A DNA stretch of 64,000 nucleotides from an uncultured virus (IMG/VR IMGVR_UViG_3300011741_000001). Taxonomy: Duplodnaviria > Heunggongvirae > Uroviricota > Caudoviricetes. The first letter of the stretch is position 1. Each line of letters opens with the position of its first letter. Below are positions 39,197-48,290 of this stretch, one piece after another. Position numbers and translations under genes: made by a program. The stretch covers positions 62,001-126,000 of the IMG/VR virus record IMGVR_UViG_3300011741_000001, one strand, 5' to 3'. The notes under the pieces were generated by a model. The model was not told where the DNA came from. It searched no databases and worked only from the letters and a program-made list of their open reading frames with translations.

Positions 39197-39652
39197 CTAG
39201 AGGTCCCGTACTGCGTCTCCCCAGAGACCACAGTAATCGAAAGTAAAGTAGTGTTTCGTAAAAAGTCGTACCGCAGGACGGTTTCTTCGAAATACATCCG
39301 CAACTATCCGTCTCTCTGGGTATAAGCGCACCAATTCCCCAACCAGCGCACTGCCCACACCCACCACGCGATGGTGTACCCTAACGTACACCACTTGCAA
39401 CGTCACGCTTCCCACGTCCGTAATGCTGTAAACTGTAAAACCGATAATTTCGTTCTGTAGTAGAACGTACACAAGGCTCGAGTCGTCTAATAGCGCTCGA
39501 TTATTTGGTTTCAATACGTCTGTACCCGTGACTATTTTACCGTGTTCTTCGATAAATAGGTGGTACATATCTAACAACTCATCCCGTACTTTTTGCGGCA
39601 AGACTGCCGCATCCGGAGCGTGTTTGAGCTGAAGCTGGTCGGTAGCCTGCAT
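39197..39652 (-). CDS. GNAT-family acetyltransferase
   Basis: IIGF..LQVVYVRVHHRVVGVGSAL..NRPAVRLF; ATG at 39652 with GGAG RBS. Confidence 0.8.
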   Translation of the reverse strand: MQATDQLQLKHAPDAAVLPQKVRDELLDMYHLFIEEHGKIVTGTDVLKPNNRALLDDSSLVYVLLQNEIIGFTVYSITDVGSVTLQVVYVRVHHRVVGVGSALVGELVRLYPERRIVADVFRRNRPAVRLFTKHYFTFDYCGLWGDAVRDL

Positions 39653-39653
39653 G

Positions 39654-39896
39654 CTATCTCCGACGGCCGCGAGACTGGTGTCTGCGCTGCGTACCTCGCC
39701 AATCCTCAGTCGCCTGACGGTAGTAAGCTTGGTTGTCATGCTTACGGGCATTAAACTCTTCCGCAAACATGTCTTGCTCGAATAACGGGCGGCAACTACC
39801 TACCAACCCTAAATGCGCACCAACGATTACTACAACCCGGCGCTCCATCGATTCCACAGCTTCACTGGTTTCCGTATCAACACTGGTTTCTTTCAT
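39654..39896 (-). CDS. Hypothetical protein
   Basis: 80 aa with Arg-rich tail; start uncertain. Confidence 0.45.
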   Translation of the reverse strand: MKETSVDTETSEAVESMERRVVVIVGAHLGLVGSCRPLFEQDMFAEEFNARKHDNQAYYRQATEDWRGTQRRHQSRGRRR

Positions 39897-39980
39897 CCCG
39901 GATTACCTTACTGACCGTATACGCACCCTCGACCGACCCGACTAGACGTAACGAAATTTGCATGCCAACACCTCTTTGAG

Positions 39981-40088
39981 TTAGAACCAACCTTGAGTGA
40001 GTCCGAGCACCGCCCCCGCGAAGACGCCGACCATTGCGACACCGGCAGCAAACGTGACCTTAAACAGACCCACCATGAATTTAACCAT
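39981..40088 (-). CDS. 35-aa hydrophobic microprotein
   Basis: MVKFMVGLFKVTFAAGVAMVGVFAGAVLGLTQGWF*, translated by hand. Confidence 0.55.
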   Translation of the reverse strand: MVKFMVGLFKVTFAAGVAMVGVFAGAVLGLTQGWF

Positions 40089-40142
40089 TTTGTTACACTC
40101 GAAAGACGCGATAATTGAAAAGCCGACCGAAGTCGGCGGATA

Positions 40143-40250
40143 CTACGATTTGCTGTCTACCCAGCACATCAGTCCGAATAACACCAGACTGGTAATGCCA
40201 ACGGTCCATTCCCCGACCGTCAATGAGAGAAACGTCCCATTAATAGACAC
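40143..40250 (-). CDS. 35-aa hydrophobic microprotein
   Basis: GTG start with GAGG RBS; MSINGTFLSLTVGEWTVGITSLVLFGLMCWVDSKS*. Confidence 0.5.
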   Translation of the reverse strand: MSINGTFLSLTVGEWTVGITSLVLFGLMCWVDSKS

Positions 40251-40347
40251 GACGAAATTCCTCACGTCGTAAGGCCGTCAGGACGTAGTCGCCTGCTTTG
40301 GCCATAATCCAAAACGATACTGCGCAAAGTACAATGCTGGTGATCAT
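40240..40347 (-). CDS. 35-aa hydrophobic microprotein
   Basis: AAGGA RBS; MITSIVLCAVSFWIMAKAGDYVLTALRREEFRRVY*. Confidence 0.55.
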   Translation of the reverse strand: MITSIVLCAVSFWIMAKAGDYVLTALRREEFRRVY

Positions 40348-40365
40348 CTTATTATCCTTCTACGC

Positions 40366-40479
40366 TCAACTCATCCAACGCGCAATCGCAGCGATACTGA
40401 ACATCAGTACCAGCGTTAATACGACGCATAACGTTATCATGGCCATGGCGAATTTCATTGCTTTTATGTTGCTCATCAT
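40366..40479 (-). CDS. 37-aa hydrophobic microprotein
   Basis: ATGA overlap with the SbcC stop and GGAGG RBS; MMSNIKAMKFAMAMITLCVVLTLVLMFSIAAIARWMS*. Confidence 0.6.
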   Translation of the reverse strand: MMSNIKAMKFAMAMITLCVVLTLVLMFSIAAIARWMS

Positions 40480-42989
40480 GCCTCCGCATACTCGATACGA
40501 ACGTGTTCATTGTACACGTCCGGTAACGTTACCCCTTCCGGTTCCACCACGCAGTACGCAGCCTCGTTCAGTTTAGAGTGAACGTCCGAGTCGTGCGAGA
40601 CGATGATAACCTGAGAGAACTCCCCGCTCGTGTAGAGGCGTTTGATAAAGTCCACCAAACGACCACGGTGTGCTTCATCCATCCCCTCTGAGGGTTCATC
40701 CAATAACAAAGGGTAATTCTGTAAACCCAGTGCTTTGTAACACGTCAGGCGATACGTCAGGTTGAAAATGGCCCGTTGGGCTTTCGACCCTTTGGAGACG
40801 TCCGGCACTAACTCGTCGTGGTCTTTGAGTTTCACCGGGAACAGATAGTCCATGTCCCCGTCCTCTAAATCGCACGCCTGCACTTGCATGGGGTACATCC
40901 AAATCTGGTCAATGTAATGCGACATCATGTCCGCAATACGCACCACTGCGCTGTAGTAATAATCGCGCAGAATCCCCGCTTCCGGTGACCACACCGCAAT
41001 CAGCTGTTTGGTGGTGTGACGACGCAGTTGTAACTGGGCTAACTCCGCTTCCATCTTCGCCAGCTGATCCATTTCGGTTTGCATCTGACGGTAGCGGTCA
41101 CGGGCGGTCGCAAACGCATCCAGTTTATTCTCACGCATCTGTGAGAAGTGTTCAATCACGAGATTGTTGGTGGAGACTTCCACTTCCCGCTGAAACTCCT
41201 CCTGAAAGCGCTTGAACGTCCCTATAGACGTTTCTAACACGGTCAACCGTGAAACGTATTGGGTTTTGTCTGCGACGTACTGACGGTGCGTAGAGAGCGT
41301 CTGTGTGGCATCGTGCATTTTGCCTTCGAGTTCCCGAATACGGTCACCCAATCCGACATCCACGCCGTTAACACTGGCCGACGCTTCCATCCATTCCCGT
41401 CGGGCGGTTTCTAACTGTCCCGTCAGTCGTAAATGGGTCTGGGCAATCTCCAGTTCGTCAAAGAACGCTGTGACAATCCCACCGAACTTTCCCCGGTGTC
41501 CCACGAACGCATCCATCTCCTGCAGTTTCTTAAACAGCAAGCTCAGCACAGGGTCACGGGAATAGGTCATGACAATCGCACGGATACCGCGCAACTGCAA
41601 GACTTCATCCTCAATCTCCTTACGTTCCTGCAACAGCACAACCATCTCGTTGTCGAGTTCAAACGCATAGCGTTCGTTCTCCGTGAGGTCAGCAGACACT
41701 TTCTCAATGCTGTAGGTGACGCCCGGTCGGAAATGGAAGTCACACTTCGGACAATTCACTTCGGCCGTGGCGTGGAAATGCTCCATGGCGTGTTTGAGTT
41801 TACCGATGACCATGGCACAACGCCCAATCTTCTCTTGCAACAACGCAGACCGTTGGTCGTAGTCCAGCAGAATGGCTTCAGCGTCTTTCAGTCGGTGTGT
41901 GGTGCGTAGCCCGTCAATCTTCTGGGTGAGTGACGTGGTGAACTCGCTTGCGTGCCCGACCACGTCCTGTAACTGGCGTGGAGTGAACTGCGTGACATCA
42001 AACAAGTCCGGGTACATCTTCAACCGGTTGGTGGTGACCACCAGTTGCTCTTCGATGTTGCGAATCGTGGTTTGTAACCCCACGTGACTGCGCATCAAAT
42101 ACGCCTGCCGGTTTTCTTCGTCTTTGAGTAACGAGAGTTCCTTGGTGTACGCAGCCAAATCCCCTTCGGCGCGCGCTACCCACTCTTTGCCTTGCGACAA
42201 TAAGCGGTTTTCTTGCGTAATCAATTCCACCGTGGGAATGACGTCCCCAGACAGAATCGCTTCAATGGTGGGACGCATCCGTTCGAGCTTCTGGCGAATC
42301 GACTCCAGCGTGATTCCGGAGTTGGTGGCCGGACGCATGTCCAGCACCCGGTTTAACGTATTGATGTCGTTTTGCATGAATTCCATGCGACGTTCTAAGC
42401 GTTCCCGTGCTTCCTGATCTTCCACTACCCGGTTCTTGCTGTCCGCAATCTTGCCGGTGAGGTAGTCAATCTGATTCCCTAATGCATTGTAGTGCTTACG
42501 GAGTTTCGTGTAGAAGTTGAGCGCCGTACCGAGGTCAGACGTCGAAAGGCGGGTAAACCAGGTCTTACGCAGAGGAGTGGCTGCACGGGTCAGTTCGAGC
42601 TCCCCGTTCAACATCTCTTTTAATTCTTTCGTGAGGCCGGTGATGGTCTCTACGTGGGTATTGTACACTTTTGGGTTCACGTCCGTCACGAGCATCTCAC
42701 CGAGGGTGAGGTTCTCAATCGAGCAGAGTAAGCTGCTGCCTTTACGACGGACATTGAAGCGGTAACGGGTCTGGTCAACCAAACTGTAGTTGGTGTACTC
42801 ACCCCCGTCACGAATATCGGTTTTAGCCGGACACAACGGCAGGAACACAGACAGCATTGTGGTCTTACCACACCCGTTCCCCCCGAGTACAATGGTGACC
42901 GGGGTGGTGATGGTAAAGTCGAATTTGGCTATCTCGTGCAGCCCCATCCCGGTGAAACCTTGTAAGACAATGCGTTCGACTTTTAACAT
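40476..42989 (-). CDS. sbcC: SbcC/Rad50-like SMC-family ATPase
   Basis: Walker A GGNGCGKTT, coiled coils, zinc hook CPKC, signature GSKAQ, LLLDEP and IVSH. Confidence 0.9.
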   Translation of the reverse strand: MLKVERIVLQGFTGMGLHEIAKFDFTITTPVTIVLGGNGCGKTTMLSVFLPLCPAKTDIRDGGEYTNYSLVDQTRYRFNVRRKGSSLLCSIENLTLGEMLVTDVNPKVYNTHVETITGLTKELKEMLNGELELTRAATPLRKTWFTRLSTSDLGTALNFYTKLRKHYNALGNQIDYLTGKIADSKNRVVEDQEARERLERRMEFMQNDINTLNRVLDMRPATNSGITLESIRQKLERMRPTIEAILSGDVIPTVELITQENRLLSQGKEWVARAEGDLAAYTKELSLLKDEENRQAYLMRSHVGLQTTIRNIEEQLVVTTNRLKMYPDLFDVTQFTPRQLQDVVGHASEFTTSLTQKIDGLRTTHRLKDAEAILLDYDQRSALLQEKIGRCAMVIGKLKHAMEHFHATAEVNCPKCDFHFRPGVTYSIEKVSADLTENERYAFELDNEMVVLLQERKEIEDEVLQLRGIRAIVMTYSRDPVLSLLFKKLQEMDAFVGHRGKFGGIVTAFFDELEIAQTHLRLTGQLETARREWMEASASVNGVDVGLGDRIRELEGKMHDATQTLSTHRQYVADKTQYVSRLTVLETSIGTFKRFQEEFQREVEVSTNNLVIEHFSQMRENKLDAFATARDRYRQMQTEMDQLAKMEAELAQLQLRRHTTKQLIAVWSPEAGILRDYYYSAVVRIADMMSHYIDQIWMYPMQVQACDLEDGDMDYLFPVKLKDHDELVPDVSKGSKAQRAIFNLTYRLTCYKALGLQNYPLLLDEPSEGMDEAHRGRLVDFIKRLYTSGEFSQVIIVSHDSDVHSKLNEAAYCVVEPEGVTLPDVYNEHVRIEYAEA

Positions 42990-43079
42990 GTTTATTTATC
43001 CAAAAAAGCTCGGGTCCATAAACACAGCGACAAACGTAAAAAAATTAAGACCAGGGAATCCCGAAGGATTCCCGTGGTT

Positions 43080-43631
43080 TTACTCGCGTGGTTCAAGGCT
43101 CTCGCCCCAGTTCTGGCCGTCGGTACTGCGCATCACATTGAGGTTGTTTTCCTGTTGCCAGATGGCCAACTCGTGGTAATACGGCGGCACCAAGTCATGC
43201 ACGAACACCGGATAGAGATAACTGGCGTTCGGGTTGTTGTACGCCGCCAGCATGTTACTGCCCTGCGACTGAGTACACTCGGAGACCGGACAGATGTCGA
43301 TGTCAATCTCTTCACCTGTGGATGGTACGATTTTCCCGTGCAGGCGTTCGCTGTCGGAATAGAACCACACAATTCGCTGCGGCATACGCGCACTGCTGTA
43401 GCCCCAGAACGGACGTTTAGCCGGATCGCGGTCTTCTTCCGGGGTCGCCACCCACGCATCCAGCACCTTGATACTGGCAGCGTATTTACCGTCCAGCACG
43501 TTTTTGATGAACGGGTTTTTGACAATGGTCACGTATTCCTCTTCGGTGAGGTTGACGTTGACCCGCATGTTCGGGTACAGCTTCAATTGCTCGAGCTGTT
43601 CTAAAGCAGTAATCAGTTTGGCGTCTGTCAT
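43080..43631 (-). CDS. Hypothetical protein
   Basis: 183 aa, flanked by UUCG-loop terminators near 43053-43072 and 43660-43680. Confidence 0.7.
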   Translation of the reverse strand: MTDAKLITALEQLEQLKLYPNMRVNVNLTEEEYVTIVKNPFIKNVLDGKYAASIKVLDAWVATPEEDRDPAKRPFWGYSSARMPQRIVWFYSDSERLHGKIVPSTGEEIDIDICPVSECTQSQGSNMLAAYNNPNASYLYPVFVHDLVPPYYHELAIWQQENNLNVMRSTDGQNWGESLEPRE

Positions 43632-43685
43632 GGTTTCTCTCTGTGGTTAGAAAAAAAAGAAGCCACCCGAAGGCGGCTTCGATTC

Positions 43686-44195
43686 TCAGTGATACGTCGC
43701 AGCGCGCGTGGCGTTCCAAACGATCACGTCCTGATTGTTAATGCGAGCTTGGCACATGGCCACCTCACGGTTGTTCTGGAAGATAGCCGAGGCACTGGTG
43801 CGTTCACCTGACTCCAGGTCTAGCACTTCTAAACCAGACGCTGTCGGGTCGGCAATGGTCACGTAGCGTACCAGCGTGTCGTACGGGTGATGCATGGTCT
43901 GGGTGTGGAAACGCAGCAGTAGCGAGTCCACATGACGTTCAACGTACTCAAACGCGTTGTGGTATTCCGCAAACAGCGGATGGGACTTGGTGTGCTCAAA
44001 CCACACCCGACTGATGCTGTGCGCAATCGCCCGCAGCTCAGTGGGGTTGTCGTTGTGCTGAATTCTCTGTTGGAGCGTGACCACTTTAGCGGCGGTGGAA
44101 ATCATGCTTTGCAATGCTTCTGCATCGACGTTATACGCTGTCATGAACGACAGGAAGTATTTCGCATTCTCATGAATATTTTTGGTGATTAACAT
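43686..44195 (-). CDS. Hypothetical protein
   Basis: ATG at 44195 with AAGGAG RBS. Confidence 0.7.
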   Translation of the reverse strand: MLITKNIHENAKYFLSFMTAYNVDAEALQSMISTAAKVVTLQQRIQHNDNPTELRAIAHSISRVWFEHTKSHPLFAEYHNAFEYVERHVDSLLLRFHTQTMHHPYDTLVRYVTIADPTASGLEVLDLESGERTSASAIFQNNREVAMCQARINNQDVIVWNATRAATYH

Positions 44196-44312
44196 TAGAT
44201 ACTCCTTAAGGGGGTTGGGGGTAAAAAGGACCCGGTGCCCAACAACATCTGGGGGATTAAGACACCGGGTCAAAAACTACCAACAGTGAGGGAGAATAGG
44301 ATTCCCTCACGA

Positions 44313-44331
44313 TGATAACATCTATCTCAAA
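44313..44331 (-). promoter_or_regulatory. Putative early phage promoter
   Basis: TTTGAGATAGATGTTATCA. Confidence 0.6.
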
Positions 44332-44707
44332 CTGCTTCCGATAGATGAGGGGTTCCGACAAGTGCCAGAATCGGTTCGCCACGAATGATGGCTGTGGCGA
44401 TACGGTGGTATCCATCCCAGATACGATAAACGCCATTGATACAGGTCACCACCACAGGTTCGTTCACACCGTGTCGAAGCATGTCAACAAAGTCTGCGTG
44501 TGGCAGTTCGTCTTTCACGCGCATGCGGATTTCGGCTTCCAGATAGCTCCTCGCTTCTGCCGAATTGGCCCACACATCGGTAAAGTCCGACGGGGCCAGC
44601 ACACACTCTTTCCAGTACCCTGCACGGGCGGGAAAGAAGAATTGGCTGTCGTCGGCGTTATCAGTACGAAACTGTTCCGCGTACGCAATCATCTCGTTCT
44701 GGGTCAT
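44327..44707 (-). CDS. Stand-alone ParB/Srx N-terminal-like domain protein
   Basis: GVNEPVVV..YRIWDGYHRIATA. Confidence 0.7.
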   Translation of the reverse strand: MTQNEMIAYAEQFRTDNADDSQFFFPARAGYWKECVLAPSDFTDVWANSAEARSYLEAEIRMRVKDELPHADFVDMLRHGVNEPVVVTCINGVYRIWDGYHRIATAIIRGEPILALVGTPHLSEAV

Positions 44708-44717
44708 GGGATTAACC

Positions 44718-45125
44718 TCAGTTCAGATAGAACGTTTGGATTAAGGTATTGTTGGCAAAAAACGAAATCACAGGCTCTTTGCCGCCACTGCCGTCTTCCA
44801 CCTCACCGAACTGAGGTACCGGCATCTCTCCACAATGTTCACCCGTGATGTTCAGTGGAGTGACGAGTTTTGAATGTGTGTTCACCAGGACATACCCGTG
44901 GTCTTCGGGACGTTTGGTTTTACATTTGCCAAGCTCGAAAGCAAGAATCACCAACGGGCCGTTCTCCGCAACTTCGAAGCAACGGCCGTCGGCGTAACTT
45001 TCGGCTGTACATCTTTTCATGTTAGCACCGTTATTGACCCGGTAGTCCGACAGCTTAGAACCGTCGAACTCCGCATGTGCAACCCCGGCGAATAACATCA
45101 CGAGCAAAGTGAACAACCTAATCAT
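44718..45125 (-). CDS. Secreted Cys-containing protein, array member 4
   Basis: Signal MIRLFTLLVMLFAGVAHA; 4 Cys. Confidence 0.7.
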   Translation of the reverse strand: MIRLFTLLVMLFAGVAHAEFDGSKLSDYRVNNGANMKRCTAESYADGRCFEVAENGPLVILAFELGKCKTKRPEDHGYVLVNTHSKLVTPLNITGEHCGEMPVPQFGEVEDGSGGKEPVISFFANNTLIQTFYLN

Positions 45126-45137
45126 ACCTGCAACCCT

Positions 45138-45551
45138 TTATTGTAATGTGAATCTGTCGACGACTTCTCCTCGTACCGACATGACGATAAGAACCTCACG
45201 TGTAACCGGGTTCTTCACAAAATCTAACACAACAGACGGGTCGCACTCTTGTGTGTCCAGTGTAGTCGCTACTTGTTGCTTATCGTCGAGCAAGTAATAG
45301 TAACCTGCTGGGCAGCTCTCACCCCCGTCCTGATGCAGAACGGTGTACTGATCCTGTGACATCGTCGGCTGGCAACCACCGACCAACAACGGGTTGCCAC
45401 CACCACAGGTCTCGAAACCTTTGGGTTGGTATTTGTACGGCGGTAACGTCACACCGCTGAAATCCGGGGTAGCGTGCGCGTTAGACACTTGTAACCAACC
45501 GGCAATAAAACAGACAATCATGAACACGACACGCTGAGTAGAACGGGACAT
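45138..45551 (-). CDS. Secreted Cys-containing protein, array member 3
   Basis: Signal ending SNAHA; SCPAGYY..ECDP. Confidence 0.7.
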   Translation of the reverse strand: MSRSTQRVVFMIVCFIAGWLQVSNAHATPDFSGVTLPPYKYQPKGFETCGGGNPLLVGGCQPTMSQDQYTVLHQDGGESCPAGYYYLLDDKQQVATTLDTQECDPSVVLDFVKNPVTREVLIVMSVRGEVVDRFTLQ

Positions 45552-45575
45552 AAAAGACTCCTTAAGGGGTAAGAC

Positions 45576-45977
45576 TTATTTGAGGGTAAGAACGTCCAGC
45601 ACATCGTTGCCACGGGTAAAACCGATGACAGTGCGATTGGTGCGGGAATCGTAATACAGGGCAGCTTTAACGGTAGGGTCACAGCTGTCTGCTTTGGTTT
45701 CTGCGGTATAGCCCACAGCACGGTTGATATTGATGTAACTCCAGAACCCTGCCGGGCAGGCACTGGTGCCGTTCTGGTGCACGAGGATATAATTGAACCC
45801 CGGGTCAACCTGTACCGTTTCACAGGTACCGTCTTTCACGGAATCGTTGTTGCACCAAAACTCTTGGCCGGAACTCGGTGTATCCCCATCCTTTACAACG
45901 TCAGGTAAATTTAACGTCAATGCAGAGGCTGCGAATGTGCTGAACAACAGCACTAGGGTTAACAGAATTCGTTTCAT
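45576..45977 (-). CDS. Secreted Cys-containing protein, array member 2
   Basis: Signal MKRILLTLVLLFSTFAASA; ACPAGFW..SCDP. Confidence 0.7.
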   Translation of the reverse strand: MKRILLTLVLLFSTFAASALTLNLPDVVKDGDTPSSGQEFWCNNDSVKDGTCETVQVDPGFNYILVHQNGTSACPAGFWSYININRAVGYTAETKADSCDPTVKAALYYDSRTNRTVIGFTRGNDVLDVLTLK

Positions 45978-46046
45978 GGTATTCTCCAAAGAAAATAAAT
46001 AAAAGAATTCCCCACCCTATAAAGGATGAGGTGTACACGTAAAAAC

Positions 46047-46421
46047 TTAACGCTTAACGGTCATACGGCCAATCAATTCAGCCTCGTTAAAGAAGTCTAT
46101 GGCATACACCCCGACCCGGCGGGTCTGTGAGATGTTGGCATAGGTGACGCCGTCGTCACAGCTGATGTCTGTGAGACGTTGGTAGTGCTTGGTACGGGTG
46201 TTCGCCACAACAATCCCGGTACAGGCATTGACCGTGGTGGCTAAACGGAACACCGCCCAATCGTCGCGTTGCACGAGCGATACGGCAGCTTCATCGGGGT
46301 TAATGGGCAGGGTGTCATCCGTGGGTTGGAAGTTGGCCTTCATAACGGTCGGGTCAACGGACTTCGCGACTGCAGTGGTGGTCAAAGTTACAACAAGTAA
46401 TGCCAACAAACTTTTACGCAT
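46047..46421 (-). CDS. Secreted Cys-containing protein, array member 1
   Basis: Signal MRKSLLALLVVTLTTTAVA; ACTG..SCDD. Confidence 0.7.
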   Translation of the reverse strand: MRKSLLALLVVTLTTTAVAKSVDPTVMKANFQPTDDTLPINPDEAAVSLVQRDDWAVFRLATTVNACTGIVVANTRTKHYQRLTDISCDDGVTYANISQTRRVGVYAIDFFNEAELIGRMTVKR

Positions 46422-46470
46422 TTTCTTATTCCATTAAAAAGGGCACCCGAAGGTGCCCAAGTGATGTGCA

Positions 46471-47568
46471 TTATTGCACAGGGGTCTCATCCCCGAAGGT
46501 ACGGGTTTGAGGAATCCAGAACGTGGTGGCCATTGGGTGCCAGTCCATACCGTGAGCCAGATACACGGCGACATCTTCATCGCTGAAGCGCGCGACTTCG
46601 CGCTGTCCGGTAGCGAGGTCAACCAGCACCACTTCCACGGTGTTTGAGGTGGCTTCCACAGAGTAGCGGTACTCGCGACCGACGTCTTCCAAAATATCGC
46701 GGGTGAAAGTATCAGCCCATTGCGCCAGCTCGCGCATACACGCTTGCAGGGCACGTGAGGCTACCGGGTAACGAATGTTGTCCGGGTTCACGGTGTCCGC
46801 CATCAGGTTCCATGCGTTGGTGATAGACCCGCAGTAATACGAAACCAATTGGCCTTCTTTCGGATAACGGTCGTTTTCATCGATGGTTTGCAGCACACGG
46901 TCGTGCCAGTTACCGGTCAACGCCACCGGGCCACTGCTGGCTGGGGTGTCCTGTGCCGGGTCTTCCGCGTGGGTGGTCAGTTTGATCTGCACATACTGGC
47001 TCAGGTCATACGTGCCGAGCTTGTTCGCATGGCCGGTTTTGTCCATCACGAAGAAGGTGTAGAGGTGTTCTGCGTCTTTGCCAACGATAATCGCATCAAA
47101 CGGGTGACCTTCTAACGATCCCGTCACCATGGCACGGATATTATTGATTACGGCGAGTTCATTATCGAAGGGATGGTCTTTTGCGGTGCGCTCCAGCGCA
47201 TCAATGATGTTCAGCCCCAGAGTATCAACCGCCACCGGGATGTCCCAGACCGTGTCCATGAAGTCCAGCAGGTAGTACAGATCGATGATGATAACGATAG
47301 GTTTGTCATCGCCACCTAATCGCGCTGCAATGGTGACTTGGTCTAAGTCAAGGAACTGAATGTCTGTTTCCACTTTGGCCGTCGGCAGTTCGTATTTCTT
47401 GGCCAGTTGGTTTTGCAGTTCGTTGGTCAAGGCGCTCACGAACGCGTTAACGTTCTGGTGTTTACCCACAATCGCCATAGCAGCCTGGAACAGACAGGTG
47501 GACAGTTGGTTGTGTGCTGCGCCAACAACGGTATTCGGACGGGTAGTATACGGGAATAAACCTGACAT
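46471..47568 (-). CDS. Hypothetical protein (probably early)
   Basis: 365 aa; AAGGA RBS; promoter motif upstream. Confidence 0.7.
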   Translation of the reverse strand: MSGLFPYTTRPNTVVGAAHNQLSTCLFQAAMAIVGKHQNVNAFVSALTNELQNQLAKKYELPTAKVETDIQFLDLDQVTIAARLGGDDKPIVIIIDLYYLLDFMDTVWDIPVAVDTLGLNIIDALERTAKDHPFDNELAVINNIRAMVTGSLEGHPFDAIIVGKDAEHLYTFFVMDKTGHANKLGTYDLSQYVQIKLTTHAEDPAQDTPASSGPVALTGNWHDRVLQTIDENDRYPKEGQLVSYYCGSITNAWNLMADTVNPDNIRYPVASRALQACMRELAQWADTFTRDILEDVGREYRYSVEATSNTVEVVLVDLATGQREVARFSDEDVAVYLAHGMDWHPMATTFWIPQTRTFGDETPVQ

Positions 47569-47611
47569 GAAATTATCCTTACTGTAAAGAGTTAATGGTT
47601 TGGTTCACTTG

Positions 47612-47629
47612 AATAATATCTATCTGAAA
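47612..47629 (-). promoter_or_regulatory. Putative early phage promoter
   Basis: TTTCAGATAGATATTATT. Confidence 0.6.
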
Positions 47630-47709
47630 TAAAATCGAGTCAAACACCCACAAGATCGGGTCAGGACGTAAAAAAATAAAGGGTTACGCCCGAAGGCGTA
47701 ACCGGTCTG

Positions 47710-48279
47710 TCAATACACGTTGAACTTCTTGGTCTTCACCTGGTCGGCAGAGAACACAAAGTACAACGGGGTGTCAGCGTAAGCACCTTGGCCCACCACA
47801 CACGCCCCGTCAAAGCCGCGCTTCTTCAGCTCTTTGACGAGCGGGGCTGAACCCAACACTGTCTGGGCAGAGAAGAACACATCACCCATGCGTGGAGCCG
47901 CTTTGTTCAGGTAGTTCACCAACGCGATGTTCGGGTTGAGTTCCACGACCCGACGCCAGTGGTCGGTCTTCTGCACTTCATGTTCGTTTTCCAGCGCAAA
48001 GGTATACGCCCAGTCACGACCCATGATGTTTTCGATTTCGTGCAGTTCGATGTAATCCTGCTTACGGGTGTTAATCCACGGGCGGTTGATGGTGATATCC
48101 GATTCGAAAATCGTCTGTTCATCTTGCGCCACAACACCAATCTTCTCCGCACCGATTTGGCGGAAGTTATCGATGGCGCGTTTGAGCACTTCCTGTTTCG
48201 CGATAAACACGTAGCTCGGATGTTGCTCAGGAATCGCATCCACGTTTCCCAGCACCGTCAGAAATGCGGTAACCTTCAT
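47710..48279 (-). CDS. ART-PolyVal-like ADP-ribosyltransferase-fold protein, degenerate
   Basis: IFESDITINRP..LKKRGFDGACV..YFVFSADQVK pattern. Confidence 0.5.
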   Translation of the reverse strand: MKVTAFLTVLGNVDAIPEQHPSYVFIAKQEVLKRAIDNFRQIGAEKIGVVAQDEQTIFESDITINRPWINTRKQDYIELHEIENIMGRDWAYTFALENEHEVQKTDHWRRVVELNPNIALVNYLNKAAPRMGDVFFSAQTVLGSAPLVKELKKRGFDGACVVGQGAYADTPLYFVFSADQVKTKKFNVY

Positions 48280-48290
48280 GTAAAACCCTC

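Noticed and set aside
22039..42989. Inteins in UvsX, RNase H or SbcC
   Set aside because: No C...HN-C/S/T splice motifs or unexplained insertions of intein size were seen.
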